From contig OZ024740.1 of assembly GCA_964016885.1 (NCBI GenBank), forward strand, positions 174,530,001 to 174,594,000: 64,000 bases of DNA. The letters run 5' to 3'. Origin of the DNA: Eledone cirrhosa. Taxonomy: Eukaryota. Below are positions 13,319 through 27,769 of this stretch, in pieces (position 1 is the first letter of the stretch; each line of letters begins with the position of its first letter). Under the pieces are notes generated by a model. It was given only the letters and a program-made list of their open reading frames with translations. It had not been told where the DNA came from and searched no databases. A program made the position numbers and the translations under genes.

Positions 13319-13360
13319 ATATAAAACGAAAAATCAGTGATGCATCTGGACTCAGTTTAT

Positions 13361-13450
13361 TGTGTTACAATTGTTTCGCCGGCAGAGAACTCGAGACACG
13401 ATCATTGTATGGATCTTTCTGACTCTAAATCTGCAGGTTCTTCGGGCACA
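13361..13450 (-). ncRNA. Degenerate HHR motif
   Basis: UGUGC-CCGAAGA-ACCUGCAG...CUGCCGGC-GAAA-CAAUUG-UA-ACACA. Confidence 0.5.
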
Positions 13451-13807
13451 TGCAATACTTTCGGAAAAAATGTTCTCACTGAGGTGTTAGCTTCAAAAAA
13501 CATCTTCCTCTCTTGTTTTTCTACGTCATCATAAATTCTGGTCAATATTTGCTGCCATACTGGCCATCAGCTACTCTCCGCCCGATTCAATGGACTCATG
13601 CTGGGTTTGGTATTTCACAAGTCCGCTCTCACACACACATATATACCCACACATACACACACACTTATATACACATACACATACACATACACACACACGC
13701 GCACACATACATATATACGCATACACATATGTACACACACATATGTACATATACACACCCATATACATATACACACACACTCTCTCATATACATATATAT
13801 ACATATA

Positions 13808-13874
<67 letters not shown>

Positions 13875-13876
<2 letters not shown>

Positions 13877-14287
13877 CGTGACTATCTCCCCCTCCGCCTT
13901 TTGGGATTCTTTCTCACGTCGTGTAGACGCGTTCTTGAGACTAGTAAAATGAGGTATCCTCTTGATAAGTCGGCAGACCTCGCAGGGACTCTATATCTTT
14001 ATGATATATTGTTTTTGTTTATGCCACGAAACTACGTAGTCGAGGAATTTAGGAGCAGTTTAGGTATGATACATTTTATTACTAATTATATCTAAATGTT
14101 TCTTCTCTCTTCATAATGTATTTTTAACTCTGATACTGGTTCAGTCTGGTTCAACTGAATTGGTCTGTCCCGGTCATTCATTGAGCAACATCGGTGAAGT
14201 TGGCACCCTTAACTCACAGTTGGGTGCGGATGCATTCATGTATATATGTGTGTGTCCGCATGTATCTGTGTGTTTCTAAATATATTG
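13875..14287 (+). mobile_element. Family D HHR element, single 5'-truncated copy between (TA)n tracts
   Basis: Nearly identical to the reverse complement of 45405-45817. Confidence 0.85.
13957..14046 (+). ncRNA. HHR with U3-A8 variant core
   Basis: UCCUC-UUGAUAA-GUCGGCA...UGCCAC-GAAA-CUACGUAG-UC-GAGGA. Confidence 0.75.
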
Positions 14288-14340
<53 letters not shown>

Positions 14341-14439
14341 ATGAAATACCAATGATGGTTGGAAAATCACTGACGAAGGACTATTTTTATCATATGTAAC
14401 CCATGTGCAAACCACGCAGTATTCTTCTTTCTTCTCATG

Positions 14440-14517
<78 letters not shown>

Positions 14518-14665
14518 ACAGAGGGAGGGAAAGACAGAAATAAACAGATAGAGCATCCGATTGCAGACAAACAGATCGAAAGATAAAATGAGAGTAAAAA
14601 ATACACTTTCTCTTTCCCGTTATCCCTTCTTTTTTTTTTCACTTCTCTGTCTCTCTCCCTCTCTC

Positions 14666-14781
<116 letters not shown>

Positions 14782-14877
14782 ATATATATATATATATATA
14801 CACATATATACATATATACATATATATATATATGTATAATATGTATATATATATATATGTATATATATATATGTATA

Positions 14878-15032
<155 letters not shown>

Positions 15033-15147
15033 TACACATATATACATATATACATATACATATATATATATATATGTATAATATGCATATATATATATGT
15101 ATAATATGTAAATGTATATATATATATATATATATATGTATAATATG

Positions 15148-15211
<64 letters not shown>

Positions 15212-15793
15212 TATTTATGTATATGTATGCATGTATATATATATATATACAATTATGCATGTATACATATATATATGTCTGTGTGTGTGTTTATGTATGT
15301 GTGTATGTGTGTATGAGTGATTATGTTGATACATTTAAAAGTCTATACAACCAATTAGTAATTATTCCATGAACCGCTCCCTCATTTCTTCTCGTTCTCT
15401 TTTCCCCATACTACACACGAAAACACACTTAGACGGGCACACACACACACATACATACTACACACACACACACACGCGCATGCACACACACACACACACA
15501 CATACTACACACGAAAACACACTCAGACGGGCACACACACACACACACACACACGCGCACGCACACACACACACACACACACACATACTACACTCAGACG
15601 GGCACACACACACACACACATACATACACACGCACGCACACACGCGCGCATGCACACACACACACACACATACACATACTACACACGAAAACACACTCAG
15701 ACCGGCACACACAGACACATACACATGCACACACATACACGCGTGCATGCACACACACACACGTACTACACACGAAAACACACGCAGACGGGT

Positions 15794-15834
<41 letters not shown>

Positions 15835-16573
15835 TACACACACACTCGCACATACACACTCGCACACACACACACGCTCACACACACACATACACACACA
15901 TAAATGTGCATGTGTGTGTCTGCATACATATACATGTGTGAGTATGCACATACAGAGAGAGAGAGACAAACAGACAGACAGACAGAGAGAGATGGAGAGG
16001 CAGCGACAGACAGAGAGAGGTAGAGAGAGAGAGAGGAGGAAAGACAAAGGTAGGGAGAGAGAGAAGGACAGATAGAACTAGATAGAGAGAGGAGAGACAG
16101 AGGGAGAGAGCGAGAGAGAGAGAGAGTGTGTGTGTGATAGACAGAGAGAGGGGGAGTGGCAGAGACAGACAGATAGAGGGAGAGAGAGGAAAGGAGAAAA
16201 GACAGAGCTAGATAGAGAGAAGCCAGACAGAGAGGGAGGCAGATAGGCAGACCAATTGAGGGGGAGAGGGAGAGAGGAGGAGGAAAGACAGAGCTAGATA
16301 GAGAGAGAAAAGACAGAGTGAGAGGCAGAGCGAGATGAAAGACAGCGATAGATAGATGTACCCATCTCTCTCTGTAGCACTCATTGTTTTTATTCTCTCT
16401 TCCAGTCTCCCTTTCGCTCTCTATATATCTATGTATATATCTATCTCCTACATCTCTCATTTGTAGCTCTTCATCATACAATCTTACTTTTCTCTTATTC
16501 TCTCTCACTTGCACTCTTAACTCATCATTCATTCTACACGCAGTGTGGTATGAACGCACACACACACACACAC

Positions 16574-16636
<63 letters not shown>

Positions 16637-16670
16637 TATATACATATATGTATATATAATATATACATAT

Positions 16671-17109
16671 ATGTGGCGAAGGGTAAGGAAAGCAGGACAT
16701 GCAGTCTAATCGCCATGGCGGAAAATGGGGCTGTGCAGCCTTCACCCCCCCTCCCCCCCGCCATCCGCCACCCAATTCCCTCTAAATGACCCTCCCAGTC
16801 AAAGCCGCATCTAAGTAGTGTGTGTTTGTGTGTGTGTGTTATTTTTATGTGTCTACGAATTAGTAAGCAGCCAAAATTCTGCTTGCCCCAAAGCTGTCGT
16901 GTGTTTGTGTGTATGTGTGTGTGTTTATGTGTGTGTGTGTATGTGTGTGTGTGTATGTGTGTGTGTATGTGTTAGCTTTTTTTGTGTCTATACGTTTTAT
17001 TAAGCAGCCAAAATTCTGCTTGCTTCAACCGACGCAATTGATCAACTCAAGATTCTATTCTATAACGCATGCACTGCATGCGTTGCATGCACGGACCCTT
17101 CGCCCCTGG
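16671..17109. mobile_element. Possible MITE with short terminal inverted repeats
   Basis: ggcgaagggt (16675-84) / acccttcgcc (17095-104). Sits between (TA)n tracts and has an internal duplication of aagcagccaaaattctgcttgc. Confidence 0.35.
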
Positions 17110-17131
17110 TATATATATATTTGAGTGTGAG

Positions 17132-17168
<37 letters not shown>

Positions 17169-17195
17169 GGTAAACTCGTGAACGAAATTTCATCG

Positions 17196-17247
<52 letters not shown>

Positions 17248-17257
17248 ACATATATGC

Positions 17258-17341
<84 letters not shown>

Positions 17342-17365
17342 GCATATATACATATACATATATAT

Positions 17366-17466
<101 letters not shown>

Positions 17467-17504
17467 CTTATACATATATACATATATATATTATACATAT
17501 ATAC

Positions 17505-17581
<77 letters not shown>

Positions 17582-17852
17582 TATATATATATATATATGC
17601 ATATATATATATATACATATATATATCACGAGTAGACAAACTGACATCGCCTAGCTAAATGTCTATCACTCACTGTTCACTGACCGAGAGACACGCAACA
17701 GTGCTGACCTTGAACAAGGACACTATCCTACCCAACCACTCGTTTTACAAGCGACCAGCGACAAATCAATGGCATTAATCGATTTTCTTTTATTACAATT
17801 TCTCTATTGATTCATAACTGTCGATATATACACACACACATACATATATATG

Positions 17853-18178
<326 letters not shown>

Positions 18179-18193
18179 TATATACATACATAT

Positions 18194-18266
<73 letters not shown>

Positions 18267-18312
18267 AATATATATACATACATATATATATACATATATA
18301 TATATATGTATG

Positions 18313-18384
<72 letters not shown>

Positions 18385-18390
18385 TATAAT

Positions 18391-18465
<75 letters not shown>

Positions 18466-18474
18466 TACATATAT

Positions 18475-18531
<57 letters not shown>

Positions 18532-18540
18532 TACATATAT

Positions 18541-18595
<55 letters not shown>

Positions 18596-18699
18596 TGTTG
18601 ATACAAACACATATGCATTCATGCACACTCATACATACGCATATCTATATGTATTATGTATTACATGCATATATATGTGTGTCTGTCTGTTTGTGTGTT

Positions 18700-18772
<73 letters not shown>

Positions 18773-19114
18773 GTGTGTGCGGGTGTATATGTGTGAACTC
18801 TTATGCACACGTACATGCATTCACACATATACCCACAGAGATTGAGATTATATCAGAAAATTAAATTTGAGCCTGGGGATCAACCTTGTAATAGTGTTCC
18901 TGAATTATTGTTATATTTAATTGCCTTTTTATGCATATGTTGAATTCAAAACTTTTAGAAAAGCCCTCCTGTATATGTTTACAGAGATACATACATGTGT
19001 GTGTATGTGCTATGTAAGTGTGAGAATTACTTATGTTACTAATTATGGGAAAGTATTATTCCTATCTCTATGCCTCTATTTATATAGCTATCTCCTTAAA
19101 TATATAATTCCCTC

Positions 19115-19194
<80 letters not shown>

Positions 19195-19340
19195 CACACA
19201 CACACATACACACACACACACGCATATCGTCCGAAACGTTAAGACCCACTTCCAGCTATATCAAGCGTTAACCTCCTAATATATCCCTTCCATATACTGT
19301 ACCGATTGTGTTTTTATTTTTGTTTACCTTTCACATACAT

Positions 19341-19398
<58 letters not shown>

Positions 19399-19403
<5 letters not shown>

Positions 19404-19546
19404 AACAAGTATGACCCCGACGGCAGAGCTCAAGCCGTTTCGACGGCTATTTCTAGAAATAGCCGTCGAAACCCACTCTACTACACTAAGTATTGAGTAC
19501 TTCGGTGTGTTATGGTCCATCTGGTTCCTTACCACAATTCCTTCGT

Positions 19547-19549
<3 letters not shown>
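19399..19549. mobile_element. Family B foldback
   Basis: Perfect central palindrome gtttcgacggctatttctagaaatagccgtcgaaac. Minus strand reads GAAA-CGGC-UUGAGCUCU-GCCG-UC-GGGGUC. Confidence 0.75.
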
Positions 19550-19582
<33 letters not shown>

Positions 19583-19586
19583 ATAT

Positions 19587-19655
<69 letters not shown>

Positions 19656-19762
19656 AATGAATTCCCTTTTCTATCAACCAATGACCTGCACCCATCCCAC
19701 TCCCCACCCTCTCCTACCACTTGTAGAGACCTATAAATACCATATTTATTTTTTGATACCCA

Positions 19763-20000
19763 GATTCCTGATGATTTCAAATGAATGAAACAGTTCTAGT
19801 CCTGTAGAATCTCATCTATATTAAAACTGTTATACTCTGCTATGTATTGAGTACCTTACTTACTGTGGTTACCTCCGATTCAACCCGGAATAACGTATAT
19901 ATATATATATAACCACAGTAAGTAAGGTACTCAATACAAAGCAGAGTATAAATATTTTAAATATAGAAATGGCTTCTACAGGACTAGAACTGTTTCATGC
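19763..20000. mobile_element. Family C inverted pair with an HHR-like core
   Basis: CUGAUGA (19768-74)-UUUCAAAUGAAU-GAAA-CAGUUCUAG-UC-CUGUAG. 19783-19870 is mirrored at 19912-19998. Confidence 0.6.
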
Positions 20001-20340
20001 GGGAGAAACCATCATATATGTATATATAGATGCAGAGAAATAGAATGATAGCTTGATAAGATATATTATAGGCATATACAACTCTATACATGTATATATA
20101 TTTGCGTATCAATATAGTGACATAGGTGCTTCTATCTTATCAAGCTATTATTCTATTTCTCTGCATCTTTCACAATTTCTCTTTCTATATCTTTCGTTTA
20201 ATCTCTACCTCCTTTTTTACACGGTGACACACACTCCGATTATTGGAGAGTGTGTGTGTTTGATTTATATGCTTACGTCGTGGGCTTTGTGAATGGGTCA
20301 TATTGATGCTTTCATAATATTTTCGTATGAGTATATATTA

Positions 20341-20413
<73 letters not shown>

Positions 20414-20550
20414 TGTGTGTGTGTGTGTAGGAAAGCTATTTATTTGTAAGTTCTATAAACACACGGGTGGTAATATATAATCATACGAAAATATTATCAA
20501 TGCATCAATATATATATATATATATATTTATAGTGTGTGTGTGTGTGTGT

Positions 20551-20735
20551 GTTCGCTTTTTACACGAAGATGCGTTCATGAACGCGGCGCGTAAAGCAGA
20601 GTCGCGTAAATCAAGTCTAATTTTCTGATAAATAAAAAACGCATTATTCGCGCAAAGTGAATATTTAATGATATGTTTTCAAGACGCCTTAAAGCGAATT
20701 CGCTTATTTCAAGTCCGCGTAAAAAGCGACCAGAC
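20551..20735. mobile_element. Possible MITE
   Basis: Imperfect TIRs tcgctttttacacg / cgcgtaaaaagcga. CpG-rich island between microsatellites. Confidence 0.4.
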
Positions 20736-20828
20736 TTTATATATATATATATATAAGGTAGTAGGAAATTACTGACCTTTCCTGTTTATAGTTGTTTATA
20801 CCATATACATAACAAATACTATTATTAT

Positions 20829-20890
<62 letters not shown>

Positions 20891-20892
<2 letters not shown>

Positions 20893-21600
20893 TTCTAGGG
20901 CTGCTAAGCCAAGGTGAGGTAGTGGGGATGAGCTCCAACTGATTATAAAGTGCTTCTCGCGATATGCGCTTCAAATAGCCACTGGCAACCAACTTCTGTC
21001 CTTCTGTTGCTTAACATGCAAACTCATCGGAAATCTCCTTATTGACAGAAGGGGCGTGGGCGGTTTCTGGCGGATTCTGGTGCCTTCAAATCAGTGCTTC
21101 AGTAGATAGAGTGAAATCCGCCTGGGAGAAGACAAACTCTAATTTTAAACATGCGTTGCCTTGCGACTATACCAAATTAGGGGAGAGGTTTGGGGAGTAG
21201 CCCTGAAGATGAATCCGGAGCTGGAGTCCCTGAGGCTGTCCGATGTAACATCCAACCTCATTCTGGCAACTTCTCCGACCCCACCGATACCAAGTTGTAT
21301 TGGGGCCTGTCTTTCCCTTGAACAACATTGGTGGTGTGGAGAGGGGAGACGTGATACATGGGCAATTTCCGCCTTCTAATAAAATCCTACCAGGAATCTA
21401 CTCTAGAGAGGAGACTTCAGTGTCTCCTCATCGTAGCGGCAAAAGAAACGGAAAGCAGCAGCGTACCAGTGATAAACATACGCAGGATTGGCGTAGAGCA
21501 AAGCGCCAGGGGATGCTTTCGACAGAGGGAGAGGCGATTGTGCCTCAATGGACAGTTACCGCCCGACTCAAGATAGGTAGTTCCAATTAAAAGCTATTCC
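20891..21600 (+). mobile_element. Decayed 5' region of an RTE-like LINE
   Basis: ggagaagacaaactctaattttaaac RTE-type 5' motif. Ends in LKIGSSN, resembling the APE endonuclease start (IGSWN). Confidence 0.45.
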
Positions 21601-22260
21601 GTCACAGACAACCTGCTCAAATAGAGATACCAGTATCCTTAATTGTTGGCTGTAAACACTGCGCCAAGAAAAACAGCAAGGAAACAATGTAAGAAACCAG
21701 CACGCAGTCTTGTATGCTGGAACATACAAATCATGACTAGACTACTGTGCTCTTTCAGATGACCTATTATAACAAGGAGCAATTACAATACACTAAAACA
21801 CTCTTCATGAAACAAAGTCTTACGGACAAGACGTTTGTCACATACAGAATCTGAACAAAAATAGGCAATTAATCATAGAAGCTATATTTATATCGTAATT
21901 TGGTTGCCAAATCAATACCTAATATGGTGTCAGCCATATGAGCAGCATACACTCGTCATGAACACGTAATATGTGATGTGAGGGCTTAACGGTCAAGTTT
22001 AACACTCAAATTCCGGTATGAAATCCATAGAATAATGACGAGGTAAGGAGAACAGCATATAACTTTATAAAATACTTATGCCTATAATAAATGAGGCGGT
22101 TAAAATAAACCAACAACACTCCAGATGATGAAACTGTGAGGATCTGGAATCGTTAACAAGATTATGAACATAAAGACGTTGTTCTAAACGAATTATAGAC
22201 GCCCTCTTAGCTATTGTAACAGGAATGTAGTCGTGTGTTCAAAAACAACATACACACATA

Positions 22261-22359
<99 letters not shown>

Positions 22360-22951
22360 TTATATATATATATGTGTGTGTGTGTGTGCGCGCGCGTGTA
22401 TGGGTGTGTGTGCGTGTGTGTGTGTAAAAATGTCATAATAACTATAGCACTGCGTTCGTAATATTTCCTATTAGAGGACCATTTCCTCCGACTCGATTAC
22501 CATTTCCGGTCATAACTTATTCTCTTCAATGGCGTCGTTATTACACTTCTGGTAATGTCACTTGCGTTCTGTCTATCTTTGTACGTTTTAAAGGTTATAA
22601 TGTAGTGTCTGTAACAGCAAGCATGATGGAGTACCATGTAATTACTTGACTGGTTTTCAGTGAACCATTCATTCTTCAAAGTATCAGCGAAAATACCATC
22701 AATGTGGTCGCTTCCCATCTAGAAACACCAACCAGATCATTCCGCTACTATACGGAAACTGCACAATGGAGTCCTGTGTGAGATGGTCACTGCTGGAATA
22801 TTTTTAGTATATATATCTTGGTGTAATGATGACCTGAGTCTAAACCATCACAGTTGATGATTTACACGAGTCGATAACCTAGAAATAGTTTCTAAGTCGT
22901 AGAATAATATGGGGTGGTTATGCTCGGAGTCTCATTAATGATATGTTTTTG

Positions 22952-23138
22952 CCGTGAATTGGCAGTACCGGTAGAGGGTTGGACGTCATGCTTTGCAGCA
23001 TAGAGTTACTGCCCTTTATGGTCTAAGTTTAAATCCCACCGGGGTTAACTTTGCCTTTCATCCTTACGGGGTCGATAAAATAAAGTACCAGTAATACTGG
23101 GATAATTGCTGGCCTTGTGCCAAAAGTAGAAACAATTA
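22952..23138 (+). mobile_element. SINE family A
   Basis: Matches the 7319-7506 copy. Confidence 0.9.
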
Positions 23139-23256
23139 ATTCGGTAGGCTAAAAAACAACAACAAAAAGAAAGCAAAAACAACTTGTGGATACTGCAAGA
23201 CAATAAGGAAACCTAAGCAACCATTCAACTGAATCTGGAGGCAAAAAGATCAAGCT

Positions 23257-23443
23257 AATAATTGTTTCTACTTTTGGCACAAGGCCAGCAATTACTCAGT
23301 GTATTACTGGTACTTTATTTTATCGACCCCGTAAGGATGAAAGGCAAAGTTAACCTCGGCGGGATTTGAACTCAGACCATAAAGGGACGTAACTCTTTGG
23401 TGCAAAGCATGTCGTCCGACCCTCTACCAATACTGCCAATCCA
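23257..23443 (-). mobile_element. SINE family A, inverted relative to its neighbour
   Basis: Reverse complement of the family A consensus. Confidence 0.9.
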
Positions 23444-23460
23444 GTGGAATATTACATGTG

Positions 23461-23557
<97 letters not shown>

Positions 23558-23609
23558 CACAATAAAACTCACCTCCTACATATATATATATATTTATATA
23601 TATACATAC

Positions 23610-23666
<57 letters not shown>

Positions 23667-25109
23667 ATGAACGGAAAACAACACTGGGAACGATACAGTA
23701 AAGAAGCCTAGTTGATAGAAATTCTTTCAATACGTAGCCGTTCTTCTCAAGGTTCATTAGCGGATTAGAATTGAGCAACAGGGCTCTAGTTACTCTTGTT
23801 AATGTGTTATGTCTAGTTATGCTATATATTTACTGATAAAGGACTGGTTCGGTCTTGTAGAGAGAATTTGTCATGAATACTGTAGTGGCATGATGATAGG
23901 ATATATCAAGTTGTCTCTAGAGTCAAAAGTGTAAACGGTTTGTTTTGAATATTTTATTTCAATGAAATACATATCACTGAGGACGCCACATCCGGTAGCT
24001 GAAAACTCTCTCCAATGAAATTGGAAGTATGTATACAATCACTCGACCAGATAGAACTAGAAAACTGATTTCCTCAAACCACACCCCTTTAAAATAAAAG
24101 GAAGGACACATTGGCCAATGTAGTCTTAGATATACAAAAACATAGTTGAAATGCCTTTGTTCAATTACATGTCAGAATCCCAATAAGGGAAATGTTACAT
24201 GATAGTTCGACCTATTAGAAATAGCAGCCAAATTATCCTTATATTATACTCAACTGTCTTAAAGAGGGAAAGGAACATATTAGAAAACGTTGTCCTGAAC
24301 ACTTTACCCACTTTATGCTAATTGCATCTTAGAATGTTATTATTGCTGTTTTGTTTGACCTCAGACCAGCCTTGATCAAGCTAACTTATGATCACTTATA
24401 TCTGATGTATTAGGAGAAACTAAATAAATATGGTAAACTACGAATTGGCTGAGTCGCGTTAGAAAATTATATAGAATATTTTGCAGTATACTTTCTTGCT
24501 CTTTGTAGTCTGAGTTCAAATGCCGTTGAGGGAAACTCTGCCATTCATTCTTTCGTGGGTGATAGGTAACCTACAAATACTGGAGTCGATACTTCCTCTA
24601 TACCTCTTTCCCATTCTCCTTTTTCCCTGGAAGAAATCAGTTGTATTCAGACCTGGAAATGGATGGGCTCTGCCATGTTTAAATGGTCAAGACAGGCCAT
24701 GTAACCCTACGGTACCCGTACGACTCCATAAGGAGTTAACAGCCCATGGATGTAAATAAATATAAAACCACAAGCAGATTATGAACGTGTTTATTCTGGT
24801 AACTTTTACAAAGTCAATACGAAAAATAATACTTTATTCTCAACGTTTCGTTAAGTGAAAAAAAAACTATCCTGAAAACTGTTAAATTCAGAATGAAATA
24901 TAAAATGAAAAACTATATATAAAACAATCTACATAGAATACGATCTCAATGTAAAGCTGTTATATTCTTATGCATACAGACCATAAACTATTTGCAAGAG
25001 ACCATTAATTGCTATTGTAAATACAATTAAATTGCTTCCTTCTTTAAGACGGCGTGATATTTGAAGAGGATGTCTCCTGTTTCTAGTAAGTGGAGCGACC
25101 TTGTAGAGC

Positions 25110-25829
25110 GTTGATTCACAAACTGAGCGTTGGAAAGCTTAAGAGTTGCGGCTACTATCACTTTCCGGGTATTAACAGCCATTTCTCTAAGAGAAGAAGA
25201 GACACTGATAGAAGAAATGAGAAAGAGATATAGAAGAAGAAGTGCCTCCAGTACTGGAATGGTATTTTTTTATTCCCCGGGTGGGGAACTCAGAGCACAG
25301 AGAGGTGGGAAAATGTTTTGATCAACGTTACAGCGTTGGCACAGATGAAATATATTCTCTAAAGGTAGGCGGTAGAATCATCCCAATAACCCAAAAATTT
25401 GTGTGTCGCAAATTGGCAGTGTTGTTAGTACGTCCTATAAAGAGAGCATTTAATAGGACACACAAATTTTTAATAGAAGCTTAAATTAAGATTCTAACAC
25501 GGACTTATGGGAGAGACCATGCACTAGAATTCCCAAACTTGTTTTGGGTTATTGGGATGATTCTACCGCCTACCTTTAGAGAATATATTTCATCTGTGCC
25601 AACGCTGTAACGTTGATCAAAACATTTTCCCACCTCTCTGTGCTCTGAGTTCCCCACCCGGGGAATAAAAAAAATACCATTCCAGTACTGGAGGCACTTC
25701 TTCTTCTATATCTCTTTCTCGTTTCTTCTATCAGTATCTCTTCTTATCTTAGAGTAATGGCTGTTAATACCCGGAAAGTGATAGTAGCCGCAACTCTTAA
25801 GCTTTCCAACGCTCAGTTTGTGAATCAAC
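25110..25829. repeat. Long inverted repeat (arms 25110-25396 / 25542-25829, ~145-bp spacer)
   Basis: ~287-bp arms with only a handful of mismatches. No HHR, no TA flanks and no clear TSD. Confidence 0.9.
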
Positions 25830-26990
25830 AAGAAGTTTTTCAAATATCGTTTCTGTTCTATGTGCCCTGAGTTCAACCCCACTCCAAAGAAGTCTACTTT
25901 TATTTGCATCCTTTCGAGATCGATAAAAAGGTATCAGTTCAATACTGTGGCCGATTCCTCTTCCATATATTTATTACTTCATCTCTTTCCCTTTCCATCC
26001 TTCTTTAGGAGATATTGGCTGTGTTCAGACCTTAATTGGGATCGGTTTCGCCAGGCTTAAGATGCCTGAGACATGTCGTACGACTATCAGGCATTATGGG
26101 TCCATACATCCATACTAATTTGTAGTCTTTGCTCTTTCCTCCCTCATATCTCTTATGAGACGTTGGCACTCACAAAGACCTACCAGGAGGTATAGATTAA
26201 TACATAAATTGTACATTTACCGGTTAAATCAACTTCTCTAGCTATTACAGTTACAGAAAGAATAGGTCATATTTAGTGACATTGTAATCAGTCAAGAAGA
26301 GAGGTGTAGCATTTTAAGTGCTTGAATAACTCCTGGGAGAGAAATTTGTCCATTGGAAGTTAAAGTAACAATTGAAAAGATACTAACAATTTGTATGGAT
26401 TACAATTTATTCTCTCATTGTTTAGTGATTAAGCCTCTTTAAACTAATCTTTGTATTCAAATAGACAATGTTTTCCTACCGACATCATACTCTATTATTC
26501 CTTGATTTAAAATTCAAAAGATCACGTTGTCAGATCAGATGCCTTTCAGTTTCTAACTACTACAATAACAGTTATTATAGCTCAAACAAAGGTGGGTGGC
26601 TAAACAGAATCAGCGAAACATCGGGAAAATGCTTTCTCAGTTCAAATCCAAACGAGGTTAACTTTGCTTTTCATCCTTCCAGGGTTGATAAAATAAAATA
26701 CCAGGCAAATACTGTTATGGCTTTATTTCTGTATATTATTGTTTTATCTTGTCTTTTACTCCAGGGACAGTGCTTTGACTTGTTTGTCAGACGCTGTGAC
26801 CCCGGCTGGATCAGTAGCACCGTTAGTAGGGGTCAAACTTACCTAAGTCCATCTCAACGGCTGAAGAACTCGAAGTTCTGTGTCTTTCATTTGTCTTTTT
26901 GCCATTGTTTTTTCTTTTCAAAAAAAAAAATTAATCTTTATTTTTTTTTCGTTCTGCCCTGTTTCCCGTCGTCTTTTCTTTGCCTAATTT

Positions 26991-27184
<194 letters not shown>

Positions 27185-27769
27185 AGTAAACGAAAAGAGC
27201 ACAGTAAATGATGCAGTACAATGAGGATGCATATTAATTTAGGTCTTAATATAGCAGGAAAAGAGTATTTACATTAGTCCTTCATCAGAATATAGAATGA
27301 GTAATAAAAGAAGAAATAAAAAGATAAATAGAGCGAGAAGAGGATGAAACAGAAAATACAATTTTTAAAGAAAGTATGGGTGTGCTCATTCAGCCATTAC
27401 AGAAATATTTGTGTTGTGGGGAGTGATTAAAAGAGACCGAGTCATATCAAGAGAATATATATACGCAGAAAAATAAATAGATAGATAGATAGATAATTCT
27501 CTTTTTATTTGCCACCAGGGCATCAAAAAGTGGGACAAGTACAATGGGGGGAGTTTACATAAAAAGGCATCCTCAATAAGGAGGAGGGAATAACAAGATA
27601 TAAAAATAAAATAAAATATAACAAAATAAATTTTATAACAAAATCCTCAATAGGAAGGAGGCGCCTTGGGGGGTCACACACACCCCCGAAAAAAAGTGTG
27701 CAACCCTTCTTCTCAGGAGCACAGAGAGGGGGTGCTCCCTTGACCTTTCATCTTCCTCACCTATAGTCT

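Noticed and set aside
16711-16789. Strong Kozak context gccATGGcg (MAENGAVQPS...)
   Set aside because: Only 24 codons, no splice donor seen, and it lies in a probable MITE.
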